Positions 49,699-62,047 of a stretch of 64,000 nt of DNA are shown here, in pieces; position 1 is the first letter of the stretch; each line of letters begins with the position of its first letter. Under the pieces are notes generated by a model. The model did not search any database, was not told the origin of the DNA, and saw only the letters and a program-made list of their open reading frames with translations. The position numbers and the translations under genes are program-made. The DNA lies in assembly GCA_965113315.1 (NCBI GenBank), contig OZ220364.1, one strand, 5' to 3'. Origin of the DNA: Podarcis vaucheri. Taxonomy: Eukaryota.

Positions 49699-51840
49699 CT
49701 GTACCGCAAAGCCAACAACAATAGAGAGGAGTTACTTACCAAACAGGAAAAAGAAAGTAGTTTTTGGAGTGTGGGTCTCTAGGAAATCAGAAACACTCAC
49801 AACACAGTTCTGGGGTAAACTGGGGTCACTGAACTAGACTCCCTAAATGCACCTTCTTGGCCAGCTTTCAAGGGTAGGGGGTTTGCTTTGGCATATTTAT
49901 TTGTAATCAAGTCACATTGCACTGCAAAATGCCCCAACGATATGTGAAATCATCCTGGCAATTCAACTTCTAGCTACTTTTTTCCAGAAATGTAGAATCA
50001 ATTTGAGGAAGACAGACCACTTGCAGGGGCCTTCACGGCTGTGAATTAGAGAACTTTAAGTTTGGGGATGTGGAGCTTAAAATATCTCTTTCTAAGGTTT
50101 ACAAATGACACCTGTCTCCTAGGAATGCCAGGTGTTTCTTACAGCAATTGTCCCTTAGAAAACTGCAAGTTCACTCTCCATATTCTACTTGTTCTGTTTG
50201 TAGTTTTTGTGGTTGTTACCTTACTGCATTGTGAAAAACCTGTAATACTTTTTTAAATTAACATGAGAAAACTGTGAGTACAATAAAACATAAAGGATGT
50301 TCCATATTTCAGAACACGGCGAATCCATCAAAATTTATAAGACTCACAATATATCTACACAGTGTTCCTTCTTTCAGAGATTCTGACCCAGGAGTGCTGG
50401 GCTCCTCAGCACATTCACACTTACAATTAGAGGCATGGGAGCCATTTCCCACACAATTGTAATTAAGCCCCTGACGAGAGGAACAATATGGACCAAGTCC
50501 ATCATTTGAGTCCTTCCTTCCTTCCTGGCACCCAAGGGATAGATGCAGACACTGCCAAACAATAACTGGTCATCCTAGTTACATGTGGGGGCAGAGTGAA
50601 GTGAGGTGATCATTTTTCCTGTCCTCAGAAGGTGCCAGTCAATAAAGCAAAGGAAGCCCCAAAAACAATGAAATCGCATCACACTTCCTCATGCCCAGAG
50701 ACACACTACTCGAGGGACTGCATGCCAGTAGCATCCGTGATCTTCTCACAAGCACTCATATACTGGTCGCTGGTCGCTGACGTTTATTAAGAGAGTGCTG
50801 GAACTGTGGCTGTGCGAGGGGTATGCTCAAAACTCACAGCACTCTTAGCAAACTACAACTCCCATGATTCCTTGGGAGAAGCCTGCCACAACGGTTAAAG
50901 TGGTATACTGGAGCTTTAACTGTATGGTGTGCTTTTACAGAAGGGATGCAAGAACTGGAAAAGGGGCTCCCATGCTGACCTCTGCCAAGCCTCAGCTCCA
51001 TCTACTGGGTCCAGTCTTAAGCAGCTGCTTAGGCCTCCCTATCTCCCCACACATGATTTATTTGGGGGGTGCAAGACCTTTCTATGGTGTACTCACACCT
51101 TTTAAGAGTTTGGCCTTGTCACAATACCTCTCAAAACTCATTTCTGCACATTCACATTTTATACTATTTTGTTATATATATAATGGCAGCATAAAAATGT
51201 TTTAAGTAATTTCTAACTATGTTACAAATTAACGCGCTTGGGTGGTTGTGTTTGAAATCTCTTCTGTGTGTACATTGGTGCTATAAAGCGAAGGAGCCAC
51301 TTTGCTAACCTTCTGCCTTCCAGATGTTGCTGGACTACGACTCCAATTTTTGGGCATTGATCACTTGCCATTCTAGCTGGGGCTAGTGGAAGTTATAGTC
51401 CAAAACATCTGGAAGGCACCAGGTCAGAGAAAGCTGCTCCACACAGAGAGTTTTCTACTTAATCTGCCTAGGGGAAAAGAATACCGATGACATTCCAAAT
51501 ATGATTGAAAAAAATTCAATTGAATCCTCCCCCCCCCCTTAAAGCGTGTATATGCTAGAAAGCCAGTGAAATTTCAAACCACTTCTAATTTTCACTGAGA
51601 AATTCTTTGTGGCATCTTATTTCAGCTGCACTTTTGAGAAAGACCCCTCAACTTCCATGGAACTATTAACTGGTAAAAATCCCATTCTGGCTTCCCACTG
51701 TACAGCAAACAATTACATAACTCCACAATTAAGTTGGTTGTGGTGACACCAAACATGACAGGCCAATGTTTTGGCTGATAAGACTGAGACTGGACTTGCC
51801 TACTTGGTGGCTTCCTCTAGTCTAGTGGCTACTTATTTAC

Positions 51841-51938
51841 CTCAGAAAACCTATCTGCATGTTGATCTGACCAGCTCCTTCCAGTTTGTCATCTGTTTCT
51901 GCCAGCTCTCCTTCAAGTACATTCTGGATCTTGTTTAA
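51841..51938 (-). CDS. QRICH2: QRICH2 coding exon
   Basis: gtgattctag|LNKIQNVLEGELAETDDKLEGAGQINMQIGFL(R)|gtaaat; 98 nt, phase 0-2. Confidence 0.88.
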
Positions 51939-53083
51939 CTAGAATCACAATTGGGGTAGGGGGATCAAAAGCCATACTTGCCTTGAAGAACTTTGGTCAT
52001 GAAACACTAATTTTCCTTTATGGAAAGTCCCTGGGAGAAAGGGGCACATCCTTACCTCCCCATGTTGTAAACAATAGATAGTTTATACATCCACATATAC
52101 CAGAGTTCAGGTCTAGAGATTAAGAAAGTGCTTCCTATAAGAAATGTTAAACTGATTCATTGGTAACGGAGCATCATCATGATTCACAACGTTGGGGTTC
52201 TACTGGTTGTGTTTCAAGTTTAGAGTCACAAAATCAGGCTGAAGATTAACCACCACCCATAGCAGTTCAAATAAAACAGAGCATGTCTTTTAAAGATCCT
52301 TAAAGACACCTCAACAACAGCAACAAAAAGTAAACTATATGACTACATTGTGAATATACTGAAAAGGTTATACGTTCATTAAATAAAGATCATGAGCAAT
52401 AGTAACGTTGTAAAGGGAAAATAGTTGAGCAATGAATTTCCCTGTTAAAGGAACTAAGAATTATTAATTACAAAAAAGGAGAGAAAACTTGAGCTTGACA
52501 CTGGGAATACTGTCATCATATTTAGAAAAAAAGAAAAAGGGGGGAGCAATTATAATTAAATAACAATCCCCTTTAATGATCCTAAAGGCAGATTTATTTT
52601 CATGTTTACTGCTACAACCAGGCAAAACTAGACCCTGAGCAATTGACCAAGCGTCAACAGGAGACTCAAGGAAATGACAACAGCAGGATGCAGGATCAAA
52701 CTAAGCCTGGTGAAGTTAGGTGGTCACTGTGACTCAGACAAACAGGGGAACCACACTAGGACCACCCAAATACTCCACTCAGCTTCAAGCAGCTAGTGCA
52801 CATTTTAAATTGCAGTTTGCAGAAGCACAGAAAAATAACAACTAAAGTGCGTCTCACTGATCTCATCCAGGTAGGAATTGTGAGCACCTGATACCTCCTG
52901 TAGCTAACAAATATCACTGTAATTCAGAAATGATGAATTGCAGGAAATCAGAAATATAAAATCATTTCTACAAGTTCTGCCATTAAAGTAGCATGCAAAC
53001 TAGCTTACAGTTCTCAAAATCTCAGCTTTCAGTTTAAGTGGCTTGGATTTCTGATGCTCAGAAGATTGTTTCAAGTAGTAGGG

Positions 53084-53219
53084 CGGGCATCCCCAAACTT
53101 GGCTCTCCAGATGTTTTGGGACTACAATTCCCATCAACCCTGACCACTGGTCCTGTTAGCTAGGGATGATGGGAGTTGTAGTCCCAAAACGTTTGGAGGG
53201 CTGAGTTTCGGGATGTCTG
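53084..53219. mobile_element. Palindromic hAT MITE
   Basis: Perfect 8-bp TSD tagtaggg (53076-53083 and 53220-53227); same body as 26092-26227 in the opposite orientation. Confidence 0.9.
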
Positions 53220-53498
53220 TAGTAGGGTGTTGTCAATGGTGGCCAATTGACTGTGCAACTTCAAGAAAGTCCCCCCCCCCACCTTGGTGTTTAGGATGTT
53301 GGTCAAAATATATTCCATTCATAACGCTTTAATGGTTGAGTGCTGATACAGTGAACTTTATGTTTTGGATATGTTTTGATGGCTTCTAAGAACAGGATGC
53401 TTCTTGGGACTGGGCAAATTACCTCTTATATGAAAACCTGATTGAAAACATTCTTGCTGCAAATAAGGCAGCATATTCTCTCCCTGACAGTCCCCTAC

Positions 53499-53593
53499 CT
53501 TCTCTTTCTCAGTTTTCATGTCTTCTTCCATGGCCTGGAGTGCAGCCAGCTTTTCAGGAAGATCAGGTGGGATGAGAGCAATGTTCCGGTAAA
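53499..53593 (-). CDS. QRICH2: QRICH2 coding exon
   Basis: tttttgctggatag|...YRNIALIPPDLPEKLAALQAMEEDMKTEKEK|gtaggg; 95 nt, phase 1-0. Confidence 0.88.
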
Positions 53594-53943
53594 CTATCCA
53601 GCAAAAACACAGTAGAATTATAAATATATACAAGTGAGCCATCAGGTGACAAAACAATGTAGTGCCCAATTCAGGGCTCCAGCCAAACAGCCATGCCCTC
53701 TGTAGGTATAGTCCATCCCATCCCCTCCCCACTTCTTTAGGGACAGTCCATTCCAACTGCATTGAACAGTATCAGTGCATACTGTTTTGGGGTTTCAGTT
53801 TTTGTTGTTGTTGTTGTTGTTGCAAACTTTGGGGTCCCCCTTCCCCACAAACAAGCCTACAGCTCCCTCTTGTGGGTAGATGATGCCAGTTTAGTTAAAT
53901 AAGATTCAGCACTCACAGACCGAATGTTCGCTGTTAGTACATA

Positions 53944-54185
53944 CAGTTGTACCTTTGTTCTTGAATGCCTTGGTACTCATCCATTTTGGCTCCCGAACAC
54001 TGCAAACCCGGAAGTAAGTGTTCTGGTTTGCAAATGTTTTTTGGAAGCTGAACGTCTGACACAGCTTCCGACTGAGTGCAGGAAGCTCCTGCAGCCAATG
54101 GGAAGCTGAGCCTTGGTTTTCTAATGTTTTTGGAAGTCAAATGGACTTCCGGAATGGATCACGTTCGAGAACCAAGGTATGACTG
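53944..54185. mobile_element. Second Tigger-like MITE family, older copy
   Basis: TA|cagttgtacctttgttcttgaa ... ttcgagaaccaaggtatgactg|TA (imperfect TIR). Confidence 0.75.
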
Positions 54186-54584
54186 TATACAAGTAGGAAT
54201 TAAAACATGGAAGGCTCCTATTCCTGCCAAGCTACCTTCCAGATTACTCAATGCTTCTCCATTTAGCCTCCCTGCAATGTGCCCACTGAACATGCTCATT
54301 CCTCATATGGATAGGTGGACTTTGACCCTCCAGACATTATGCCCATCATCACTGGCCATACTGCCCAAGAAATGCTGCCAGGAAACGTCCAACAGGTTCC
54401 ATGTTCCTGGTTAGCTCTAACCCCCAAATCAACCCTCCAAACATTTGGGTGGGCTTACATTTTTAGATTTTCCTTCCCAGAAAAAAAATGGTAGCCCAAC
54501 CTGTTGGAAATTTGCTGAAGCAGGTTCCAGATATTTGCCATTTAAAACAGAAACCCAGAAAACCGGTACACATGCGATACATAC

Positions 54585-55938
54585 GTGCATCTGTGAGGAA
54601 GTCTTGCAGCCTGCGGAGATCGGCGTAGCCACACTTGAATTGATCTAGGAGACTGATCTGATCTCGCAGAGCATAGTACAAGTCCGTCAGTTGAGCGAGA
54701 GACCGCAGGGCATCCACAGTCTCAGAGTAGCGGGCTGGAGCCAAAGTGGAGCCAGACTCGGACAATGGCATGGGGGTTGGGGCGGAGAGCAGCGGAGATG
54801 CTGGAGGCGTAGCTCCAAGGACAGGCCCAGGGGGCAATACAAGCTGCATTCCAGGCTGCGCACCAGCCCCCTCACCAGGCTGGTAACCAAGAGGACTGGG
54901 CCAAAGAATCCCAGGCTGACCAAGGTACCCAGCTTGGGCATCAGGAGAACCAGGATAGAATGGAGGAGGTCCGGGAAATCCAGCTTGTATCCATGGAATG
55001 ACAGCGCCTCCGGGGAAGGCTTCACCAGGCTGGGCGCCAAGGACTCCAGGATAGGCTCCGGGATAGGCTCCGGCATAGGGTGCCAGGCCTCCAGGGTAGG
55101 CTGTTTCATCTCCAGGTGCGCCAGGTTGAGCCCCAGGTGCGCCAGGCTGGGCCCCAGGTGCTCCAGGTTGAGCCCCAGGTGCTCCAGGCTGGGCTCCAGG
55201 TGCCCCAGGGTATGGAGCTTGGGCTCCAGGTGCACCAGGCTGGGCTCCAGGAGCCCCAGGATAGGCCCCAGGTGCTCCGGGATAGGGTGCTTGGGCTCCA
55301 GGGGCTCCGGGATAGGCCCCGGGTGCTCCGGGATAGGGTGCTTGGGCTCCAGGGGCTCCGGGATAGGCCCCAGGTGCTCCGGGATAGGGTGCTTGGGCTC
55401 CAGGGGCTCCGGGATAGGGTGCTTGGGCTCCAGGAGCACCAGGCTGGGCTCCAGGAGCCCCAGGATAGGCCCCAGGTGCTCCAGGATAAGCCCCAGGTGC
55501 TCCAGGATAAGCCCCAGGTGCTCCAGGATAGGGTCCTTGGGCTCCAGGGGCTCCGGGATAGGCCCCAGGTGCCCCAGGGTAGGGTGCTCCGGGATAGGCC
55601 CCGGGTGCCCCAGGATAGGGTGCTCCAGGATAGGCCCCGGGTGCCCCAGGATAGGGTGCTTGGGCTCCAGGGGCTCCGGGATAGGCCCCAGGTGCCCCGG
55701 GATAGGGTGCCTGGGCCCCAGGAGCTCCTGGCTGGGTCCCTGGAGCACCAGCAACACCAGGCTGGCCTGGCTGAGCTCCAGGAATGCCTGCTAGAGCACT
55801 TCTTGGAGCCCCTGGTGCACCAGCTGGTGTTCCTTCTCTTCTGTGAGTGCCAGGCAAAGTTCCTGGAGATCCAGGAGTGGCTCTGCTTTCTGGAGAGGTG
55901 GCAGAATCAGTTGGAGAGTGTTGGACTGGACTTGTCAC
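54585..55938 (-). CDS. QRICH2: QRICH2 large low-complexity exon (Pro/Gly/Ala/Tyr/Gln repeats)
   Basis: ctctatatgtttctag|VTSPVQ...[46 protein letters not shown]|gtatgt; 1354 nt, phase 0-1, matching both neighbours. Confidence 0.9.
55010..55782 (-). repeat. Coding minisatellite with 21-nt ([14 protein letters not shown]), 30-nt ([10 protein letters not shown]) and 15-nt (PYPGA) units
   Basis: Directly visible tandem units such as ggataggccccaggtgctcc on +. Confidence 0.95.
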
Positions 55939-57844
55939 CTAGAAACATATAGAGAAGAGTGACAAAAGCAGGGGTGGCTTTAGCTCAGGGCATTATCGCA
56001 GGCATCTCACATCTTGCAGTTGACTTCATAAGAACATCGCATGTCCACTGTGTATCAGGAACACTACCACCACCTTCAACTGCAGGGCTGCGCCAGAGCA
56101 AATCCAAGATGGCGGCCAGCACCCATGCCACAACCCCTCAGCAAATCCAAGGGCGTTGTCACTTTGGAAGCAGGTCAACTGGTTTTGGATCATCCTTAAT
56201 TCAAACTAACAATACATGCTGCACAATCTGAGGTGTTGACTGGATTGCCCTTAGTTGGGTAAGGCCACAAGAAATGGCCTTTTGAAGTTTCCTAAGTGTC
56301 CAAGGACAGTGTGGTGCAACAGGTAAGATTGCTGGATTCAGATCTAGGAGGCCTTTGATAGGAAATGGCATTCTAAGTGTCACAAGGCGCTGCTGAAATT
56401 TGAATGATCCAGTGTCGCTACTGAAAAGCTCATAAACCCTCCTTTGTATAGGAGCAGCGGCTGGGCAATTTCATTCATAAGCTTCAGAGCTTCTCCTTTG
56501 TCCACATTGGGAGTTAACTGTGGTTAACTCACTGATGAGAGGAAGACAATCTGCATGTGCTCAGAGGCAACCTTTCATTACTATTACTTGCCATGTTCAA
56601 GGGGTCTAGGCTGGTATTGAAAATAAGGACCAGAACTGAATGGCATAAACCAGTCCTTTTTCCTCAAATACTTGAATCCCTAGCCTGTATCCCTCTGGTT
56701 CTGCAGTTGTTAGCTTATGCTACCTCTGTCCAAGATCTACAGGGAAATTATGCAGGAATGCATAAGAGCCATCATACACTCAGTCAGAACTACTTTTTTT
56801 CCTGAAATATTATTGCTGTTCAGATCAAAAAGCAGAAACTGACACCTGATCCTGCACTTAATAAGAAAAAGGAAAAAAGCAGGCGCCCATGGATTACAGC
56901 TGATTCTCCATCATGAAGACTTGCTTTTGGACATAGAAACAGCCTGAAAAGTAACACTCTGCTTCACTAAATTATACCATGTTGACTGAGAGACTGGAAA
57001 GACTCAGTCATGGAATCAGAGTACATATAAACCAAGAGGGAATATTTCACTGCAGTGATTTCCTTCTATTGAGATTCTGATGTAGAACAAAGAATTACAC
57101 TGGCCAGAAACAATTTCTATGCACATTTCAGAATAGACCAACCAAGTGCTGAGTTTCCCAAATGGTAAGAAAGCAAGTAGCTTGGTAGATTTTCTAGAAT
57201 TCCTGCTATTGTCAGGAATCCTAAATATTTCATTTTGCTGTTCACTGAATTCTTTTAAGTCTGGAGGTAAGAAACGGCTGGGTCCAGAGCCCAAAGCCTG
57301 GCCTCAAACCAATCATTAAGCCATGGAAAGTTGCTACAGTGAAGTGGTATCTTTTTTAGATCTGTACTTTGCACATGCACAGATGATCTACAGTGATGAA
57401 TCTATCGTGCCACTTTAAAACAGTTCATTATTTTGTGGAAACGGGCTATATATCCAAATGCAGGCATTTAACATGCATGCAAGTTTTGCCCTAACTGGCC
57501 TTATGGGACACTAGCTGCTCTGTGACTCTATGGAAATGTGAAATTAATGATGCTTACGACATTTCTAAATGAGTGCTTTGGAGCTGCACTGTTTTAAATG
57601 TTCTTCAGGGGCCGAAACAATAGCCCATAGGTGTTCTCACATTATTGCTTAGGTGCTAAATTGCATTTTTCTCTCTCAAACTCCTGCATGCCTTTGCTCT
57701 CAAGTGAAAGAAATACAAACTTGCATAGTCTTTATAACACTGCAACACGGTTATGCTCAGGACACAGATTTTTCTTCAAGATACCCATCCAGGAAATGCA
57801 CTATGCACAAGAGAACCAAGTGCAAATAAAAACAACAAAGAGCC

Positions 57845-57920
57845 TTGTGACACCTTAATAACTAACAAATTTATTATGGCACAAGCTTTTACAGACTAGA
57901 GTTCGCTTCATCAGACTCTT
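57845..57920 (-). mobile_element. Penelope-like terminal fragment with decayed hammerhead motif
   Basis: Minus strand CTGATGAagcgaactctagtctgtAAAAgcttgtgccataataaatttgttagttattaaggtgtcac; GAAA core broken and stems mismatched. Confidence 0.6.
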
Positions 57921-58044
57921 CATGAAGCAAGACGACCTAAGCATTTAACACCAATTATGGCATGACTACACTAGCTACCAATTAGTTTCTGGGCTCAACT
58001 CTGATTTTGTTGAGTGCTGATTTTGACCTAATGAAGCCTTATGC

Positions 58045-58270
58045 AACTAAAGACTCCAATACCTCTTGGACTGCCTCTTCGCACATGAACCTACCCGGAC
58101 ACAGCCATCATCAGAAAAACTTTGTTGTGTGCCTTCAACAAAGAGAGGTGCGGAGGGTGGCAACATGAGAATGGGCCTTATGAGAATGGTGGCTCCCCAT
58201 GTGAGGAATGCTCTCCCCACACCTGATACCATCATTGTCTGCTCCAGGTTCCAGGCTAAAAACATACACA
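58045..58270 (+). mobile_element. Decayed L2 3' fragment
   Basis: caatacctcttggactgcctc...gggcctt...ggtggctccccat...ggaatgctctcccc resembles the L2 at 63100-63270. Confidence 0.55.
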
Positions 58271-59706
58271 AGATAAATACTAACCTTGACCAGTGGGGGA
58301 AAGCATTGTTTGTTGTTCTGCCTCAGGCAGAAAAATGTGCAAACAGCTTTGTGCTTCTAACATAGGACCCTTTCTAAACACTTACCTTCTTTTGGTGGCA
58401 GTGGGAGAATAAAGCACCCATGTCAGTCACACATTCATGTCAGCCATGGGATGCAGTCAAAGGGGAGGGGGTAGAACTAGCATTGTTCAAGGGGATGGGT
58501 TGGTTTCTGAGGTTTTAGAAGTATAAGCGGCATGTGCTCAAGCACTGGAGAGTATAAGCAAAGTCAACCTCCTATGAGGAAAACAGTGATATCCTCCACC
58601 TCCCACACTGTCCCCAATTTAAAACCACGTGGATACAGGCTTCACCATGACGCACCAGAAAATGATGACATGGCCACCTTCCAATAGGCAATTACCAACT
58701 TCACAGAAAATACCCATATTGGGGTATAATATCTGCTATTTTTCTGCAAGTGTGATTAGCTTTCTGAATGCTGGGCCAAATGTATGGACAAATAGGCTGC
58801 CAGGCTGAGATGATGTCACCAGGATGGATTAGTGATGCCTGACAGGAAAACATATAATGTCCAGAAAGACCAATCTTTGAACACTTGAAGCTAGATTAAC
58901 TTGTGATTTCCATCCTCATGAGAGCACTCTGTATCTGCCCATTTTTATACTTTAAAAGTGGCATTTTTATGTCATGCATTCAGTGCGTTTCTTTTTTCTA
59001 AAAAAAGAGAGATGTTGGGGCTCAAGTCTGTTTGGAAACATCACTTTCTGTTCCGAAGGCTTTCCTTGTACCCCGCCCAACAATATTCCTGATGTGTGAA
59101 AATACTCTGCAGTTATTCAGTAGCAAGGGGAATGCACCCTGCATCTGGCTTAAGGGCACTTTCATTTAGCTTTACTTTTTGTATTCTGGGCTTGAAACTG
59201 TAGCTGAGCTGCTGGCAGATTCTGTGGCTGAGTCCTGGCAGAACAAATAAAGCCCTGTAGTATCTTCATCCAGCATCTGCCAAGATAGTGACCAGACAGA
59301 TGGCAAGCAGTGGAGGTCAATGGAAAGGTCCAGAACAATCTATGTGAGCCATACACTAGCTCGTCATCAACTTTGTTGCATGCTTATTAAATACAAAAGG
59401 CAGAAAACGAAGCCCCACATTGGGCTGATCAGAGGCCACTGAAAATTAGCACAAAATAAATGTTACTCCCACCCCTGGAACTGGCCATAAGGTGGTGATG
59501 AAGAAATGTGCTTCATGGTGCACAGATTGTACGTAGAAAACTCTTTTTGTACACAATAATATAGGTCTAAGTGAAGGGGATAAATAGGACATGAAATTCA
59601 ACATATAAAGGATGCATGCATTGTCTTGGTATTTTTCATGAAGAAAACGTTCATGTGCAAACCTTTTATCCTCCAATCTTCATTTTGCTACACAAATCAT
59701 ACTCAC

Positions 59707-59820
59707 GGGAGATGGGCTCCTCTTCCCTTTCACAAGGACGTCCTCTAGAACGTCCCACCGCACCATATTGCTCATCTCCTCTGGGGAAGGAAACTGGCTC
59801 AGCCTCTTCTCTAAGTCTTT
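59707..59820 (-). CDS. QRICH2: QRICH2 coding exon
   Basis: tttgtttgtctgtag|KDLEKRLSQFPSPEEMSNMVRWDVLEDVLVKGKRSPSP|gtgagt; 114 nt, phase 0-0. Confidence 0.85.
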
Positions 59821-60444
59821 CTACAGACAAACAAAAACATTAAAGAGGTCACACTTTATTCCCCATGAATAGTATGGAAGAGGCCATTGCAGCCACCTTC
59901 ATTTATTCTTCATTAGGAACCCTGGCTGTGTAGAGGTATCAGATGACTAGGATACATACCAGCGAAGAGCTAGTGGGTACATCAAACTATGGGACAACCC
60001 TTTTTGGAGAAGTGTCAACAGGGCAGGGATGGGAAGGTGCTGAATGTTGCAAGACACACACATGGGGATTAGCAGGTGCTGCTTGAACTAACCAGTGAGG
60101 GTACATCTTCAAGGCGGCTTCTGATGCTATGAATCTGATACATTAGCATAAAGCTGGGAGTACAGAAAATGAACAAATCATGTGCCAGCGAGTGGCTGGG
60201 TTCCCCTCTATGGACAAATTGAACACTGTATGCTAGTCTGACACTGCAGATGTGCTGGAACAGGCAGGGTGGGGAAGTAGGCTTGGGACCAGTGTGGATG
60301 GAATTTGCCAATGCCTATTGACCATGGCAATCAGATAGGACACTGAATTTACATCTGATCCTCTGCAAAACTAGCACACAGCAGGAAGAGGTTGCTATCT
60401 GCATGGAGACTGGTGTTCTGTAGAGGAGCTGTGTAGGAACATAC

Positions 60445-60516
60445 CACTTCATTATCCAAACTTATCTGATCACTTAAGCAAGTCTTCAGTCGATCGTCAA
60501 ATGCATGGGGGTCCAA
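60445..60516 (-). CDS. QRICH2: QRICH2 coding exon
   Basis: cttttccttcctttcgcag|LDPHAFDDRLKTCLSDQISLDNEV|gtatgt; 72 nt, phase 0-0. Confidence 0.82.
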
Positions 60517-61233
60517 CTGCGAAAGGAAGGAAAAGATAATTTAGGATTTCCCCAGGCTGCTCAGGAATAATGTATGAGTGCAAACATGTTCTAATATTGT
60601 AAAAGGAGCACTGCAAAAGTGAGCTTGTTTTCCCCACACTTTTAGAATACAAGAGGTGAGCACCTGGGGAAAAGCCTTGCAGGGAAAATAAAACTCAAGC
60701 ACCTTTATGCATGCCCAGTTCACAGCAAATGCATAGCACAGGGGGCCATTTTCCCTCCCAACAAGCCTTTGGGGACAGAAGCAAACATCACGTTTCCAAG
60801 AGAACAAAGAAACAAAAGCACAGCCCAGAAACCTGAATTGCTCTCATGGGATAGCCTCTGGGGATGTATCTGGGTATTCAATATTGCTCAAAAATACACA
60901 GTATTAAGCATAGCATCCCAGTGCCTGCTATGAATATGCCAGGTTGAGTTTTAGATTGCCAAGGCTGAGAACGGCTTCTTCCAACACTTCCAGACCTATT
61001 GCTAGGCCTGGGGCAAATAATACACAATGACAATCAGCCCATCTCTTTAACAGTAGGTCTCCCCAATCAAAATGGGAGCGAAGTTCCAGTTTGACAAACA
61101 TACTGAACATGTGGGTCAGACTGCTGAACCTCTCATCCTCTCAGTGTTGCTTTCCTCCTGAACTCTGAGGGGTTAGGTGGACCCAACAGGAAAAGTGGTT
61201 AAATAGAAGGAAATAAGGGGTGGACTAGTTTAC

Positions 61234-61338
61234 CAATGCTAAGTGATCCTTGATTTTTTGTACTTCATCCTCTAAATTGGCTGTGGCTGCCTTCATTTTG
61301 CCAGCCTCGTCTATGACATCCTGCAACAAAGATATGGC
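61234..61338 (-). CDS. QRICH2: QRICH2 coding exon (most 5' in the window; coiled-coil)
   Basis: ctctttttgtattctag|AISLLQDVIDEAGKMKAATANLEDEVQKIKDHLAL|gtaaac; 105 nt, phase 0-0. Confidence 0.82.
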
Positions 61339-61871
61339 CTAGAATACAAAAAGAGATACAATATCAGTGAAAGGAATGAATGCATGGACTCCTCTAAATA
61401 TCAGCCTAAATATAATTTCCAACTGACAAGAAGCTACCATGTGTTTCCTAATGTCTCTGACTGCCAAAGACAGAAGACATGCTGGAGGAAACCTATTTTC
61501 AGGTCTTACAGAGCCCATTCCCACTTTACTCTAAGCAGCCTACGCTGGAGAGGAGCTGTTTCCCCAGGATAAACTACATCCAAAAGAGGAAAAGAGGGAA
61601 CAGCATCAATATAGCTCCCCAAAAGCCCACTACCTACTGCAAGGTGGTAGGACAGAACATATTGAGCAAGGGCAAGGGGGTCCTCCAACAATTTTTTTAT
61701 GCCCAATATGTTTTAACCATTCGCTTTTCTGCAGAGGCAACAATATTTTTCTAAACTTCAGTATAAGAAAGTCAACTATCTTCAAGCAGGTACAAACTCT
61801 TTATCTTGAAATTCAGATGTTATTGCCTTTGAAAGAGTGCTGATGCACAGGAGCACCTTAGGCGTCTAAAA

Positions 61872-62047
61872 TAGGGCTGCCATACATCTGGGATTTAAAA
61901 GGCAGAATTGACGTCCAGGGGGATTTCTGAAAGGCGGCGCTTTGTTCTGGCAAGTCATTAAAAAAAGATTGTGTTTCTTTGGCATTTTTGTAGAAAAACA
62001 ACTTTCAGGGGGACCTGGTTCTTACTTTTTGAAATAGGGCAACCCTA
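61872..62047. mobile_element. MITE with tagggytgcc termini
   Basis: tagggctgccata ... tagggcaacccta; the 3' end matches the half-elements at 17869 and 19199. Confidence 0.6.

Larger units (their letters stand above)
25769..61338 (-). other. QRICH2: QRICH2 gene body within the window (19 coding exons; 5' end beyond the window)
   Basis: All exons have AG/GT boundaries with matching phases and total 3570 nt including the stop. The C-terminal exons match recalled QRICH2 motifs (DUF4795 region, HCISCDRPLE, CGGSHTLTYPY, EVDILGLDGHIYKGRMD). Synteny with UBALD2. Confidence 0.92.

Noticed and set aside
54691-55952. Long antisense ORFs (367 aa Arg/Ser/Gly/Cys-rich and 290 aa) and an alternative-frame ORF (54687-55757, 356 aa) over the QRICH2 repeat exon
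   Set aside because: Expected by-products of a GC-rich tandem repeat whose units (multiples of 3 nt) lack stops in several frames; no promoter or splice support.
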